The notes under the pieces: model-generated
Databases searched by the model: none
Seen by the model: the letters and a program-made list of their open reading frames with translations, nothing else
What the model was told of the DNA's origin: nothing
Program-made: the position numbers and the translations under genes
Shown here: positions 28,748-41,451 of the stretch, in pieces
Layout: each line of letters starts with the position of its first letter
Numbering within the stretch: the first letter of the stretch is position 1
Source: Octopus sinensis
Lineage: Eukaryota
Assembly (NCBI RefSeq): GCF_006345805.1
Contig: NC_043000.1
Span: 48,422,001 to 48,486,000 of the forward strand
Direction: 5' to 3'
Length of the DNA stretch: 64,000 nt

Positions 28748-29233
28748 AAGGCGGCTAGCTGGCAGAATCTTTAGCACGCCGGACGAAATGCTTAGCGGTA
28801 TTTCGTCGGCAGAGGAGGCGGCAAGCTGGCAGAAAACGTTAGCACGCGAGTCGAAATGCTTAGCGGTATTTCGTCTGTCGTTACGCTGTGAGTTTAAATT
28901 ACGCCGAGGTCGACTTTGCCTTTCATCCTTTCGGGGTCGATAAATTAAGTACCAGTTACGCACTGGGGTCGATGTAATCGACTTAATACCTATGTCTGTC
29001 CTTGTTTGTCCCCTCTGTGTTTAGCTCCTTGTGAGTAATAAAGAAATAGGTATTTCGTCTGCAGCTATGTTCTGAGTTCAAATTCCACCGAGGTTGACTT
29101 TGCCTTTCATCCTTTTCGGGGTCGATTGAATAAGTACCAGTTACGCACTGGGGTCGATGTAATTGATTTAATCCCTTTGCCTGCCCTTGTTTGTTCTCTT
29201 TATGTTTAGCCCCTTGTGAGCAATAAAGAAATA
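28748..29233 (+). mobile_element. Family B SINE containing a second family B SINE, inserted in the LINE
   Basis: Outer TSD AATAATTAGGGCACTTT (28731-28747 / 29234-29250); inner TSD GGTATTTCGTC(G/T)GCAG (28797-28812 / 29049-29064). Confidence 0.88.
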
Positions 29234-30096
29234 AATAATTAGGGCACTTTGTTTTGTGAGTAAATGCCCAAGTGGCAATCTACTAAAGTATGGATTTTCA
29301 AAAACAGAAATCAATGAACATTACAAATACAATCTGTAAGTAGAACAGTAAAAATATGCAAAACTTTTCTCAAGTTTAAATTGTGACAATGCTTTTGTTA
29401 TCGACATTTCAACGACGGAGCTTTGAATAATTTTCGAAACCAGTGATTATTTGATATTAAGTAATAAATATTCATTTACGTAAAAGCTATATCTCTCTAG
29501 TCGCTTTAATATTTTGCAAGCACAGTTAAGTAATTTTTTCCCGACGAAGTCCAACAGGATCAAAGCGTTTGGTGCGTTCCATATCTAATTAATTTCAGTC
29601 AATTACATTCTTTTATTATATAATCAAGTATACCAGCATCCACTTTATTATTAAGAATTGAAATGAGGTTTACCAACTTTCAAGCAGAAACATAAAACAG
29701 ATTCCTAAATCATTTTTTATCATATCATTCCAACCAGCTTCGACCACATTCATTCTTAACATCTGAGTTCATTACATTGTGATGTTTTTTGTTGATACTT
29801 CAGACTTTTTTAAAATTCTCAATTTACACGTTTTACTTCCTGATCAAGTGCTATGCTATTTTCTGGAGTTCTTTTATCTCATGTCTGTTTTTTTTTATTA
29901 TTTATTTTAAAAATTCTATATTTTATTTAACATAATTTATTCCCCACTCTTCTTTCAAGAATGTCTTTACACAACAGAAATATCTCTAGCCTTATGCTTT
30001 ATATTGCGAAAGAAATTATAAAAGAAAAGGAAAAACATTGTTCAGCTGTGTAAGATTTCCTATCGTGTTATCTTAAGCCATTTTCTGAAATCTTAC

Positions 30097-30303
30097 CGCA
30101 TCAATAAACCTCTTGACATGAATCAGATATTTCATGATCTTGTATTTAAACCTTAGCATAGCTGGATATCTGTAAATGTTTTCTTCCATTACTAATCTAG
30201 GATTAAGTATTCTCCTATTGGCTTGAGTCATTATCTGTTTTCTGAATTCGGTAGAATCAAAATGGGAAGTCACTTTGAGGGCAGAATGCATATCATTATT
30301 AAA
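30097..30303 (-). CDS. Candidate internal coding exon of an unidentified gene (69 codons, phase 0-0)
   Basis: tttag|FNNDMHSALKVTSHFDSTEFRKQIMTQANRRILNPRLVMEENIYRYPAMLRFKYKIMKYLIHVKRFIDA|gtaaga. A T30 tract (30336-30365) lies upstream; the peptide is non-repetitive and protein-like. Family not recognised. Confidence 0.42.
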
Positions 30304-30331
30304 CTAAATGTGTGCACTTCTGAAGATTCCT

Positions 30332-30367
<36 letters not shown>

Positions 30368-30784
30368 GACATAATACATGAATCATGCGTTGTACAACAT
30401 TGATTTATTTAACATTCACCAAAGTGTTCAGCAAAAATTTATTGAACAGTTTGTGTTGTATATTGATTCTATCATTTCTTCTTCCTCAATCTGTTTCTTA
30501 TGTTATTCTAGTAATTCTCTCTCTCCCTCACTCTCCCTCTCTCTGACTATCTACCTTTCTCCGTCTCATTTTTATATTACAAAATATTCTATCATCAAAT
30601 TCCCAAATGCGAATCATCTTCCTTTTATTGTATGTCAGAGGCATATATTAAGGGTGTCTTGAATCAACAGTATATTTCATATCTTAATACCAAATATTAA
30701 TTAATTCTTCATATTGAATTAATCATCGCTCACAATTGTATTATAATTTATTATAAAAATAATAGCTGCTTGTAATAAAGTATA

Positions 30785-30988
30785 TCCTCATCTTGTTTGT
30801 TTTTGACTCAACATTTCGGCTGATATACCCTCCAGCCTTCTTCAGGTGTCTTGGGGAAATTTCTCATTCCTAAGGTATGCTGTTGTTGTTCTTCTTATTA
30901 TTATTAATATTATTCTGGTCACTGCCTAGAATCGAACTCAGAATCTTGGGGTTAGTAGCTTGCGCTCTTAACCACTACGCCATATGCC
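30785..30988 (-). mobile_element. tRNA-derived SINE with hammerhead-bearing 3' part, copy 1
   Basis: Minus-strand head GGCATATGGCGTAGTGG (A box)...GAGTTCGATTC (B box), then an (AAT)/(AAC) linker, then gacac-CTGAAGA-A-GGCTG-gagggtatat-CAGCC-GAAA-TG-TT-gagtc at 30850-30805. Confidence 0.8.
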
Positions 30989-32402
30989 GTCATCTCTTAA
31001 ATATAAAACTGTATTACCAGTAATCTTAGTTGCTTCTATTTTTTAAAATTTTGGATGGCTAAGTCAGAAGAGAAAAGAAAGTGTTTATAACCTCCTGCAG
31101 GACCTTCAAAAGTGGTTTAATAAGAGAGAAATTACTCTCCAACCAATTGATGTATTTCATTAGAGTGACTTCTGCTAAAGGCCCAAGCGTCAGATGACGG
31201 TGTTAAGCCAAGAGGCGGAGTTCGTCTAATATTTTATAATATGGTGAACGTTTTTTATGGTTTCAGTTTACAGGTTTCACTCACAAGGCTTTGACCATCC
31301 CAAGGTTAGGATAAGATACGATGACTAGAGGTTTTGTGCAGTCGGATTAAATCTGAAACCCTGTAGTTTCTAAATAAACTTCTGAAACACAATTCCATGG
31401 CGTAACACATAGTAATATTAGGCTGACGTTACCTTTTTTTTTTTTCCATCAAGTAGATAAGGAAAACTGCATACGTTTCTAAAATACTAATTGATTGTCA
31501 ACTACAACTCATGTATTCCTGCTGATCAGTATAATACCTAATTTTCCATTCTGGCAGGTATTTACAGATCTGAAATTTATATTGCTGTATATGTCACGAT
31601 CATAGGATGTATCCACTGACATTCAGAATTTTTTTTTTTTTATGATTTGATTTTCTTCCTCATGTCCAGAGTATGGCAGAGAAATACTTAGAAGTAGATA
31701 ACAAAACACGTGTAGCAAATTTTACATTTCGAAGTAATGATAAAACACATTTTCTGAAAAGTTCTGAATACAGAAAATGATATTTAACACACTATGCTAC
31801 TTTCTGTTAGTTTCTTTTCAACACTTTTAGATAAATGAAATGATGTTTACAGAAAATTTTCATTCAAAGGGTTTTCAAATTTACAGGACATAGAGACAAA
31901 AATAATGGCATTTATTCTAAAATGGTAACACCCACTAATTCTCAGGTTCTTTTATGCTACCATTTTTAAAACAAAGCAAGAAATAGACTTGAAGCAATTA
32001 TTTGAAGTTGTAATTCAATAAGTTATTTTTCTTTTACATTCACCTTTAAGGGAACACTTGAAGTATGTTGTCTGTATAAAACTTCCATTGAAAATGTTAT
32101 TATAATTCTAAAAGCCATGTTATCTCCAAAATTTACATTATTCTATTAGTTTGACCATTTTAAACATTTTAGAGACGACTATTTCCACTGAAAATGTTCA
32201 ATCTATTGTTTCGACTGAAGTTGCATGATTCATAGACCAGCCTGAGATGAAGTCGAGGAGCTTGTAACCTTCCTTTTAACACGAGTCAAATTTTGCCGAT
32301 CTAATATCGTTCTTGATACGTAAATGTACTGTAACTGTAAGTGTTCATAAAACTGGTTACTATACACGTATACTGACGAAACAGCAAATAGCTGCTTGTA
32401 AT

Positions 32403-32614
32403 AAAGTATATCCTCATCTTGTTTGATTTTGACACAACATTTCGGCTGATATACCCTCCAGCCTTCTTCAGGTGTCTTGGGGAAATTTCTCATTCCTAAG
32501 GTATGCTGTTGTTGTTGTTCTTCTTCTTCTTATTATTATTCTGGTCACTGCCTAGAATCGAACTCGGAATCTTGTGGTTAGTAGCTTGCGCTCTTAACCA
32601 CTACGCCATATGCC
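32403..32614 (-). mobile_element. tRNA-derived SINE with hammerhead-bearing 3' part, copy 2
   Basis: Near-identical to 30785-30988. The hammerhead at 32476-32431 has a perfect helix I (GACAC/GTGTC). Confidence 0.8.
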
Positions 32615-34293
32615 GTCATCTCTTAAATAGAAAACTGTATTACCAGTAATCTTAGGTGCTGACGAAACAGCAAAATGAATAAAATGTTAGCCAAGCTTTT
32701 GATAATCGAGAGAAAGGGAAAATTATGGCCATCACAGGCCTTTTAAGACTGGTGATGTCAATGCAGTTTATGTTCCTTTTGAACATTTGCAAGTCGACAT
32801 AGTAGAGAAAACATGGACAGGGAAGGATTTGCTGAAGAAAGTCGTTAGTGTAAAGATTGGGTAAGGTACAGTACTGGATGGCGAGAGGATGAGATACGTG
32901 TAAGTCTGGAATACCTGAGTGGAGGTGGTTTGAGAACAGTGGAATCCGTGAAAGGACGAATAAGAGTTAGAACAGCGAATTGTCTTCTGAATCACAATAA
33001 AACACATAGCTTGGTGCTTATCTTTTCATATGCATAAGAATGATAAATCTTTTCCTAGATAGTTTGTTAATCTTTTGCAGGGAAATTTTCTATAGACGTA
33101 ATTGAACTTGGAACTATAATGACAAACTGAATCAAGTGTTCTGATGCTCTTTGGATTGGTGTGTATTTTTTTTCTATTGTGTATTACATACAGAGAGCTG
33201 ATCAAAGAACACGTAAGAACTACGTATAAGAGCAACTAACACAACAAAGTACCGAGTAAACTAGGAAAGCTGATGATCTCTTAGCTGGTTGTACGTCATC
33301 CTTCTAACTCAGCTGGACGATCATTAATATAATACGTATATAAAAAAAAGAGCGACTGCATGATCATGGATGGAAAGCTAAATTAGATTTGCTAAATTAG
33401 GGTTGACTTGAACAACAACAACAACAACAAAATCTCAACAAGTTTGTTTTGCCGTTAATAATTCAAATATTTCACACACTTGGAAAAAAATAAGGAACAT
33501 CGTTTCTCTTTATGCTGATGAAATCCTAAATTGAAACCGGGAAATAGAATAAAGATACAATCAACTATCGTCGACAACTTCTTTATTTTCTCTAATTGAG
33601 TTTAGAAGAATTTTTCGCGCTGTATATATCTATTCATCTTTTCAGCAAAGTACGATTATCAAATATCATCAACTATCCGTAATATCATAGCTATAGTGTA
33701 AAGCTGCAGAATTGTATCAGATATATTTCCATGTCGATTTCTCAAAATGCCATGACAAATAGATGAGCTACAATGCTTGTATATACATATGTGTGTGTAT
33801 ACATATAGAAACACGCGCACATACAGAATAGATAGATAGATACATACGTGTGTGTGTGTATGTGTGTGTGTGTTCCAGCTCGTTACTTAAAAAAAATATA
33901 TACGAATACAAGCTACAAATCATGCATACTATACGCAGTTATAAATTTCTCCCATTCTAGTGTTTCACAATTCCCGATATCATTTTCAAATTTCGTGTAT
34001 GATTTATGTAGTTTTCAAGGAAGCCAAGTTGAAATTTTGTAATGTAATTGCGTAGTGATATTTCTTGAGACATGAATTCTGTATTTTGCATAATAAAATT
34101 TTTTTTAAAACTGCAGAAGTGTCCGTTTGCTAAAATATATCTTCATATGTTGCATTCGTTCATACTATTAGTTATACACAAACTACAAGTTAATTTCGTA
34201 ATAAAAAAAAAAGGTTATGCTACGGGCAAAATGTTTTAAGCAATCGATGAATAATTGATTATATGAGCTTTTCCCTCTTTGCCGTGAATATAT

Positions 34294-34328
<35 letters not shown>

Positions 34329-34677
34329 GAGGGGGTGCTGAAAGTTACTGGCTTTAGGTAAAAGAAAATACAGTTAATTATGATTTTATTAAACATATTC
34401 ACACACACACAATGAAAGTGATTCTCGAAGCACAGAAAACTGTGAATAATAGCGAGTCACGACACTATGTATATATATATATATAGAGAGAGAGAGACTT
34501 GACTTCATATGGACTTAGAAATTCCGAGAGAAAGTGAAATTATTCCTTTTTGGAAACAATGAAACTCGAAGCAGATACAGCTATAACTATAGCGTGAAAA
34601 TATTGTTTCTTTAGCCAATATTATATATCGGCAATTTCATATCAATATGTTACTGCAGTAATGGTTTCCCCGGGTTT

Positions 34678-34935
34678 TTAGAAGTTATAATGGACGAGTC
34701 CTGCAGTATACCACCAAACAGTCACCATAACCTTCTTTTTGAAGAACTCTGGTTTAGGGAAGGTTTTCGGTGCTTTATTTTTGTCTAACCAAGAACGTTT
34801 TTTATTATTGTATAGAATCCACGTTTCATCGCAAGTTACAATACGGCCAAGAAATAGATCGGTCTGGCTACGGAGAAGAAGTGACGAGCAAATTTCATAT
34901 GTGCGCTTCCCTTTAAGAGAATTTATATCCTTGAT
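34678..34935 (-). mobile_element. Mariner transposase fragment
   Basis: FLGRIVTCDETWILYNN...KKVMVTVWW..GLVHY (first catalytic D region). Confidence 0.8.
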
Positions 34936-34975
34936 TTTGTTGTATTTACACACATATATATACACACACATACAT

Positions 34976-35297
34976 ATATATGGTACCTTGGGCAAGTATC
35001 TTCTGCTATAGACTCGAGCCAAAGTCTTGTGAGTGGATTTGGCAGATGGAAACTGAAAGAAACCTGTCATATATATATGTGTGTGTGTGCGTCCGTGTCT
35101 GTGTGTCTGTTTGTCCCCCACTACCATCGCTTGACAACCGATGCTGGTATATGTTAAATTCCCTATAACTTAACGGTTCTGCAAAAGAGACTAGAGAATA
35201 ATTCCCTAGGTCGATTTATTTGAGCAAAGGTTGTGCTCCAACATGGCCGCAGTCAAATGACTGAAACAAGTAAAACAATAAAAGAATAAAAAGAATT
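34976..35297 (+). mobile_element. SINE family A, 5'-truncated
   Basis: Body and tail motifs; abuts the mariner fragment. Confidence 0.8.
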
Positions 35298-35343
35298 TTA
35301 AAAATGGTATATATATACATATATATATATATATACCATTTTT

Positions 35344-35374
<31 letters not shown>

Positions 35375-35471
35375 CGATCTTTGCTCTTTGGTGTATTTGT
35401 GAAATGTCAGTAACCTCCATATCAAGCATAATGACCTGATTTTATTTTGACATTGGAATATACCGTAGAGA

Positions 35472-35539
<68 letters not shown>

Positions 35540-37653
35540 TTTGCATTGATTTGTTCAATGCTGTATTTTGACTGATTGTGTTTGACTGCGTAATGTGTAA
35601 AATGATTGCGTCCGAAAATCTCACTTTGTTTATTGGCGTCCATTTATATAATCGTTTATATGCAAATAATATAACCTTTTATTCACATATGCGGCAATTT
35701 CCTAAGCTGCAAGCTAACTTGGAATGAAGATAAGCGCGGGAAATGAAAAAAAATTCGCTCTAAAACTAATAACCTTCCTATAATATTCTCAAGAGTTTTT
35801 TTTTTCACTTTATAATATAATATATGATAATATAGTGAAATCTAATGTAATATAATACATTATAATACTGCTGGAATTTTTTTCTGTTTTGACTACATTT
35901 TAAAGACAGGTCGTGAATGTCTAATGGAAATAATTCTTTAATTCTATTAATAGATTTTTTTTATTATATCGAGAATATTTCTGATAGTAAACATATTTGT
36001 GAATAATATAGAAGAAATTGATGGAGTTAAAATGGAGGATTCTAAATAGTCGCTCGATACCCCGGAATTAGCAGTCAAATCTCTTATGGACACATAGTCT
36101 TCAAAACGAAAAGCATACATTGGATGGCATAGTCATAGATATAGCATGTATCAACGGTAAAAAAGATTGCAATGTCTCAGAACGTATTAGATCATGAGTC
36201 GGCTTGGTCAAGGCTGACTTGGCAGGAATGATAAAGCAACAACAATAACATCAGAAATGAAAAATGTATATAATTGAATAAAAACTTCTTTCCTTAATAC
36301 TAACGGAGCTAAGCTTGCAGCAACAGATACGAAATGCTCGTGTGAATCCGAATAAAATTTAGAAAATATTTTCACAATCGTGAAACTCCATCGAAATAAT
36401 TATTAAAATAAATATTCAAATAGTAATGCCAATGAAATTTATTTCCTCCATTTATGGTATGAGTGTACTGATTATAAATATATAAGAGATTACTATGTCC
36501 AAAGTATCTTGGCTTCTAAGTTACTTTGAATATTCAGGAATGTGGCACACAAATAGAGCTGCAACGACATACCCAGGAGTAATGATCGGGATGCATGCTC
36601 GAGCCCTGAAAATGTAAAGAGTTAAAAGCCAAAACTTCTGCATAAGGGTTGGGGTGTCTTCCCTAAAGAATCTCTACTGTTCAGCTTTCCTTCGAATTTC
36701 CTGTGATATTATATAATGATATCAAACTTTATAATATTGGTATAATTATATACGTTTCCAAATTATACTACAAACATTTTCAGTACAGCCTGGGGCCCTT
36801 AGAATTTTAACATTTCAATAGCTTGATGTTTATTTTCTAAAATATAATGTGAGTTTTAGCCTAATATGAAAGGAAAATACAAATGAGGTATCCGTCTTCA
36901 ATCACAACTGAACAACTATCTACAACAGTGGTTCTCAACCAATTTTGACTTATGGTCTCTTTTAGCTCCTATTTTACTCGAGTGGATCCCTCAAACCCTT
37001 CAACGTTTTAAAAAAAATCCCATTATACTTTTATTATTAAATATTATTAGAAATGGCATTAAAAATTTGAACTCAAAACGCAAAGTCGGACGAAATGCCG
37101 CTAAGCATTTTTCCCGACGCAGTAACGATTCTGCCAGCTCACCGCCTTAAAAATATCCCAAATATTTATGTACCATAGATTCAAGGTCTTAAATCTGGAG
37201 AAAGGAATACAATCGATTAGAACAACATCAGTACTTACTGGTATTTTATTTTATCTACTCTAGAGAAAAAGAAAGGTAAAATTGACCACAGTTACAAATT
37301 AATCTTAGGCAATACAAAATGCTTTTTTATTAGAGGCTACTATTAGTTGAAACTTATCAAAATTTATTACAGAGAGAGGGAAGCAAAGATGAAGTAGATA
37401 TCATTATAGGGAAGACGACAACGGTACGAGTGTGTCATTTACTAAGGAGCCATTTAGGAACTACGTTGAAGAATTATAAATGATTACATGAGTATATACA
37501 ATAATCACTGATTACATTTCTATTGGAATATGCCTTTTTCCAAGAAAAAAGAAATATTAGCAGCAAGACTGTGTTCAAGTCATTGTGGATATAATGAATG
37601 CCCTCCTCGTTTCTGAGTAGAGCTGTTGTTGTCGTAGTTGATGTTGTTGTTGT

Positions 37654-37696
<43 letters not shown>

Positions 37697-38709
37697 GTTG
37701 AAGATGTATCATTCTACATGAATTTTTGAGTACGAAGATATAGGCTGTATACATATATAGATGTCTGTTTACGTACCTGTTTAAACATATGTAAGATGTA
37801 TAAAGCGTCTTATTAGCGAAGCCGTATTTAATACAAAATTTAATATTCTTGTTATGTGCGCGCGCACACCCACACGCACGCACGCACACACACAGATGTG
37901 TAGATAATATATAAGTGTATGTATGTATATATGTGTGTATATATATATACACACACAGACATACATATATACATGCATGTGTAAATATGAGTGTGTGTAT
38001 GTATGTGTGGGCATCATATACATACATACGCCCACACGTAAGTATGTATGTGCATATTTGTCTTATATATATATATATATATATATATGTCAAATCTTGT
38101 GCATCTATTCATTTATACATATATTCATTTATCTCGATATTTCACTTATTGAAATATCACATGTGCAAAGATAAGATCATTGCTTTCACTATCTTCTGAA
38201 TAGACGGAATATTGAATTTGGGTTTAAAATTAATTAAATTGAAATAAAAGCCTCATGTTCTGATGAAAAGAAATTAACACCGAAAACGTAATGAAAAATT
38301 CATGTCCGCTGCTGTAGTCAGCTAATGAATTATTGATTGAGAAATTTACCTACAATTCATCGGGAGCTCACACGACTTGAAACTTAAATACGAATCAATA
38401 TTTTCTGAAGCATTTCCTCATGTCCCTTAAGCAAGTTTCTTAACTGATTAGAGAAATGCAGAAAATAATTAGTTGCAACTGGTTTGACTTGAAAAGAATT
38501 GGAATATGAACGAAAATAACATTACTCCACAAGTATGATATATATGTATATATAAATATGATGAGAGAATATCTTTTATGATGCTAATGTATTTTCAAAT
38601 ATGTAACCGAAACTCCGCCAGCCCTTTCTCCTTCCACGTATCACAGCCTCCCCAAGTAATTCATCCTGTTATTTACATATACCACTCCTGTGAAAGAAAG
38701 AAGTAAGAA

Positions 38710-38808
<99 letters not shown>

Positions 38809-38914
38809 AGAGAGGGTGGCAGGTAGAAAATCACTTTCGACTGTAACACGTAAGGTAAAGTCGATGTATATTCGCTGATTTCGGTATTCAATAAACGGGC
38901 TTCGACATAGTCGC

Positions 38915-39320
38915 TTTACCTTCTTTTATCTTTCATTTTTCACTTGTTTCAGTCATTAGACTGCGGCCTTGCTGGGGCACCACCTTGAAGAATTTTAGTC
39001 GAGAGAATGGACCCCAGTACTTTTTTCTTTTTAATGCTCGGTACATATTACAACGGTCTCTTTTACAGAACTTCTAAGTTACGGGGAAGTAAACACATCA
39101 ACGTCGGTTGTCAAGTGTTGGTGGCAGACCAACAAAGATACATGCACAGAGACAAATACGACGGGCTTCCTTCAGTTTCCGTCTACCAAATCCACTCACA
39201 AGGCCTTTGTCAACCCGAAGCTATCGTAAAAGAATCTTACCTAAGATGTCACATAGTGAGACTGAACCCGGAACTTTGTGACTGGGAAGCAAACGTTTTG
39301 TCACACTGCCAGGCCTGCGC
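38915..39320 (-). mobile_element. SINE family A-related, diverged
   Basis: Reverse-complement head, TTCAGTTTCCGTCTACCAAATCCACTCAC core and tail. Confidence 0.75.
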
Positions 39321-39740
39321 CGAGCAGTAAAATCCCGCTCAAATTTCCGGCTGCCATCTTGAACAAACGATTTGTTGGACAATATTATTCCTTATATACA
39401 AACATTTTGAGTTGGCCATGATTGAAACGATGTTCATCGTACGTCATCAACTAAACCTATATAGAACAACATTGGAAGGCCTCTCTGTATGCGATCGTTG
39501 GTTCCGTTTGATGTGGCACTCAAATTTCTCCCAGGAAGAACCATATTCTATCAAGCAATGGTATACTGGACAATGTGTCTTACCACTTTCGGTTCGAATC
39601 GAGAAAAGAGTCACTAGTCAATGGACTTTTACATATACAATAAGAATAATATGTAAGTGTTAACATCATCAACATAAACTTGGGGAAAACGTACAGAGGG
39701 CGGTTTTTATCCTATTGTATATGATAAATACACAATACAT

Positions 39741-39965
39741 ATTTCTTTATTGCCAACAAGGGGCTAAACACAGAGGGAACAAAACAAGGACACATAGGTA
39801 TTAAGTCGATTACATCGACCCCAGTTCGTAACTGGTATTAATTTATCGACCCCGAAGGATGAAAGGCAAAGTCGACCTCGGCGGAATTTGAACTCACACG
39901 TAACGCAGACGAAATACCGCTAAGCATTTCGCCCGGCGTGCTAACGTTTCTGCCAGCTCGCCGCC
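39741..39965 (-). mobile_element. SINE family B with 12-bp TSD
   Basis: TACACAATACAT at 39729-39740 and 39966-39977. Confidence 0.92.
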
Positions 39966-40807
39966 TACACAATACATTCAGGTATTAGTTACTCGTTTTC
40001 ATGTCAAATATTTCTTGGTGTTTATATCAATCTCTAATACGATTGTTAAATAATAATATCCATTTTGTTAATAATTGAACTTCTAAGATTAAAAGCAAAT
40101 GGGTTCCGGTGTAGTATGTGATCTACATGCATTGCGATCTACAGCAACTTAAATCTAGACTAGCATGTGATCTACATTAAAATTTGCTATAAATTTGCAA
40201 TTATAATTAGAGGAGTGAGTTAACCAAGGAGTTCAGAGCGTCAGAGAAATTCTATTGCAGCTTCTTCATCTCGAATAACCTGTGTGTAAAATTCTTGTGC
40301 TCTCATCACTGGGCTCAGGGCTAAAAATGTTTCAATCATAAAAGTTTTTTTTTGTTTGCTTTTGGTTTATATACCAAACCAACCGTAAGTGGAGTAAATA
40401 GATGAATTTTAAATGTAGGATCAAAAAGTCGGTGTAGATCAAAAACTATACCATTTGAACTAATGTAGATCACAAACTATACCAGAAACAGAAACTATAC
40501 CAGATCACAAACTATACCAGAAACATGTATGTGGATCACATACTACATAAGCACCAGCAAATGACTATAAAAATAGTGTTGATGTTATTAATGACGTTAC
40601 ATGCATAAATTATGCCATTGGATTTTTCAAGAACCCAAAATTTTACCAAACTCATGCATTTTATGTTCACTGACGCATTAAAAAAACATTGCATTATGCT
40701 ACACATTGCGTTTAGGTGCCTGTTATAACCATGTCCCGTACGTGTATACTCAGTATGTATGTATGTATGTATGTATGTATGTATGTATGTATGTATGTAT
40801 GTATGTA

Positions 40808-40884
<77 letters not shown>

Positions 40885-41159
40885 ACTGTCTTTCTCCTTT
40901 TAGTTTAGAGTAATTTTGACCTGCAACTTTATTGGTAGAGAGGGTGTGAAGGCAAGTGTCTTGCTTTAAGCATCATCCTTTAAATCTTAAGAAGGTCCTG
41001 CAGATTTTTATAATCCAAAATGTCGTGATCATATGTAGCAAATGAATTAAGGATTTGTGTGTATGTATGTATGTAAGTATGTATGTGTGTATATATGTAT
41101 GTATGTGTGTGTATGTATATATGGACCTACGTATGCATGTATGTATCCAGATGGTCAGG

Positions 41160-41275
41160 GTGTTGCTACTGAGTGGTGAATGACTTGTAGCCTGTGTGGA
41201 ATGATTTGTAGGGCCTTTACAGGACTTAGGAGCCATACGAGACATTATCAATGATGGGAAGACCAATGAGCGGTT
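41160..41275 (+). mobile_element. RTE-like LINE terminal C2H2-like remnant
   Basis: CGMICRAFTGLRSHTRH resembles RTE/BovB C-termini. Confidence 0.4.
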
Positions 41276-41451
41276 TCTTAGAGGAAAAAGAGCCTAGGAA
41301 GTGGTCTTACACGGTCACGGGTTGAGTCCCACCATATATGTATATGCTTGACATTGGATAATAACAATTTTAGGAGAAACTGCATCCACGCGCATGTGCA
41401 AACACATGCTCTCTCAAATACGTACACAAACACATACACATTTATCTTTGT

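Larger units (their letters stand above)
26655..29390 (+). mobile_element. Decayed R4/Dong-like non-LTR retrotransposon (RT + zinc knuckle + restriction-like endonuclease), interrupted by SINEs
   Basis: KGLFQRDSLSVILFILALNP (about 26795), THNFFVDGLK (about 26920-26949), YKYLGIDENI (27143), DEGERGL, KCRL..HMISSCPK, HNRPDVV..IEV (28551) and FILIIIRAL (about 28720). Many stops and frameshifts. Confidence 0.8.

Noticed and set aside
30915-30988. tRNA gene call for the SINE heads (also 7757, 27649, 32540-32614)
   Set aside because: There is no complete acceptor stem and each continues into a repeat body; these are SINE heads.
31670-31780. Plus-strand ORF SMAEKYLEVDNKTRVANF... after a strong acceptor
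   Set aside because: Short, with no recognisable homology, and it conflicts in strand with the neighbouring candidate exon; cannot be supported.
33505-33545. CTGATGAAATCCTAAATTGAAACCGG
   Set aside because: Only a weak A-T helix II and no valid cleavage triplet or helix I.
36926-36945. CAGTGGTTCTCAACC hAT-like terminus
   Set aside because: No matching opposite end or TSD found nearby.
38250-38295. CTGATGA...GAAAACGTA
   Set aside because: No helix II pairing; at best an unrecognisable relic.
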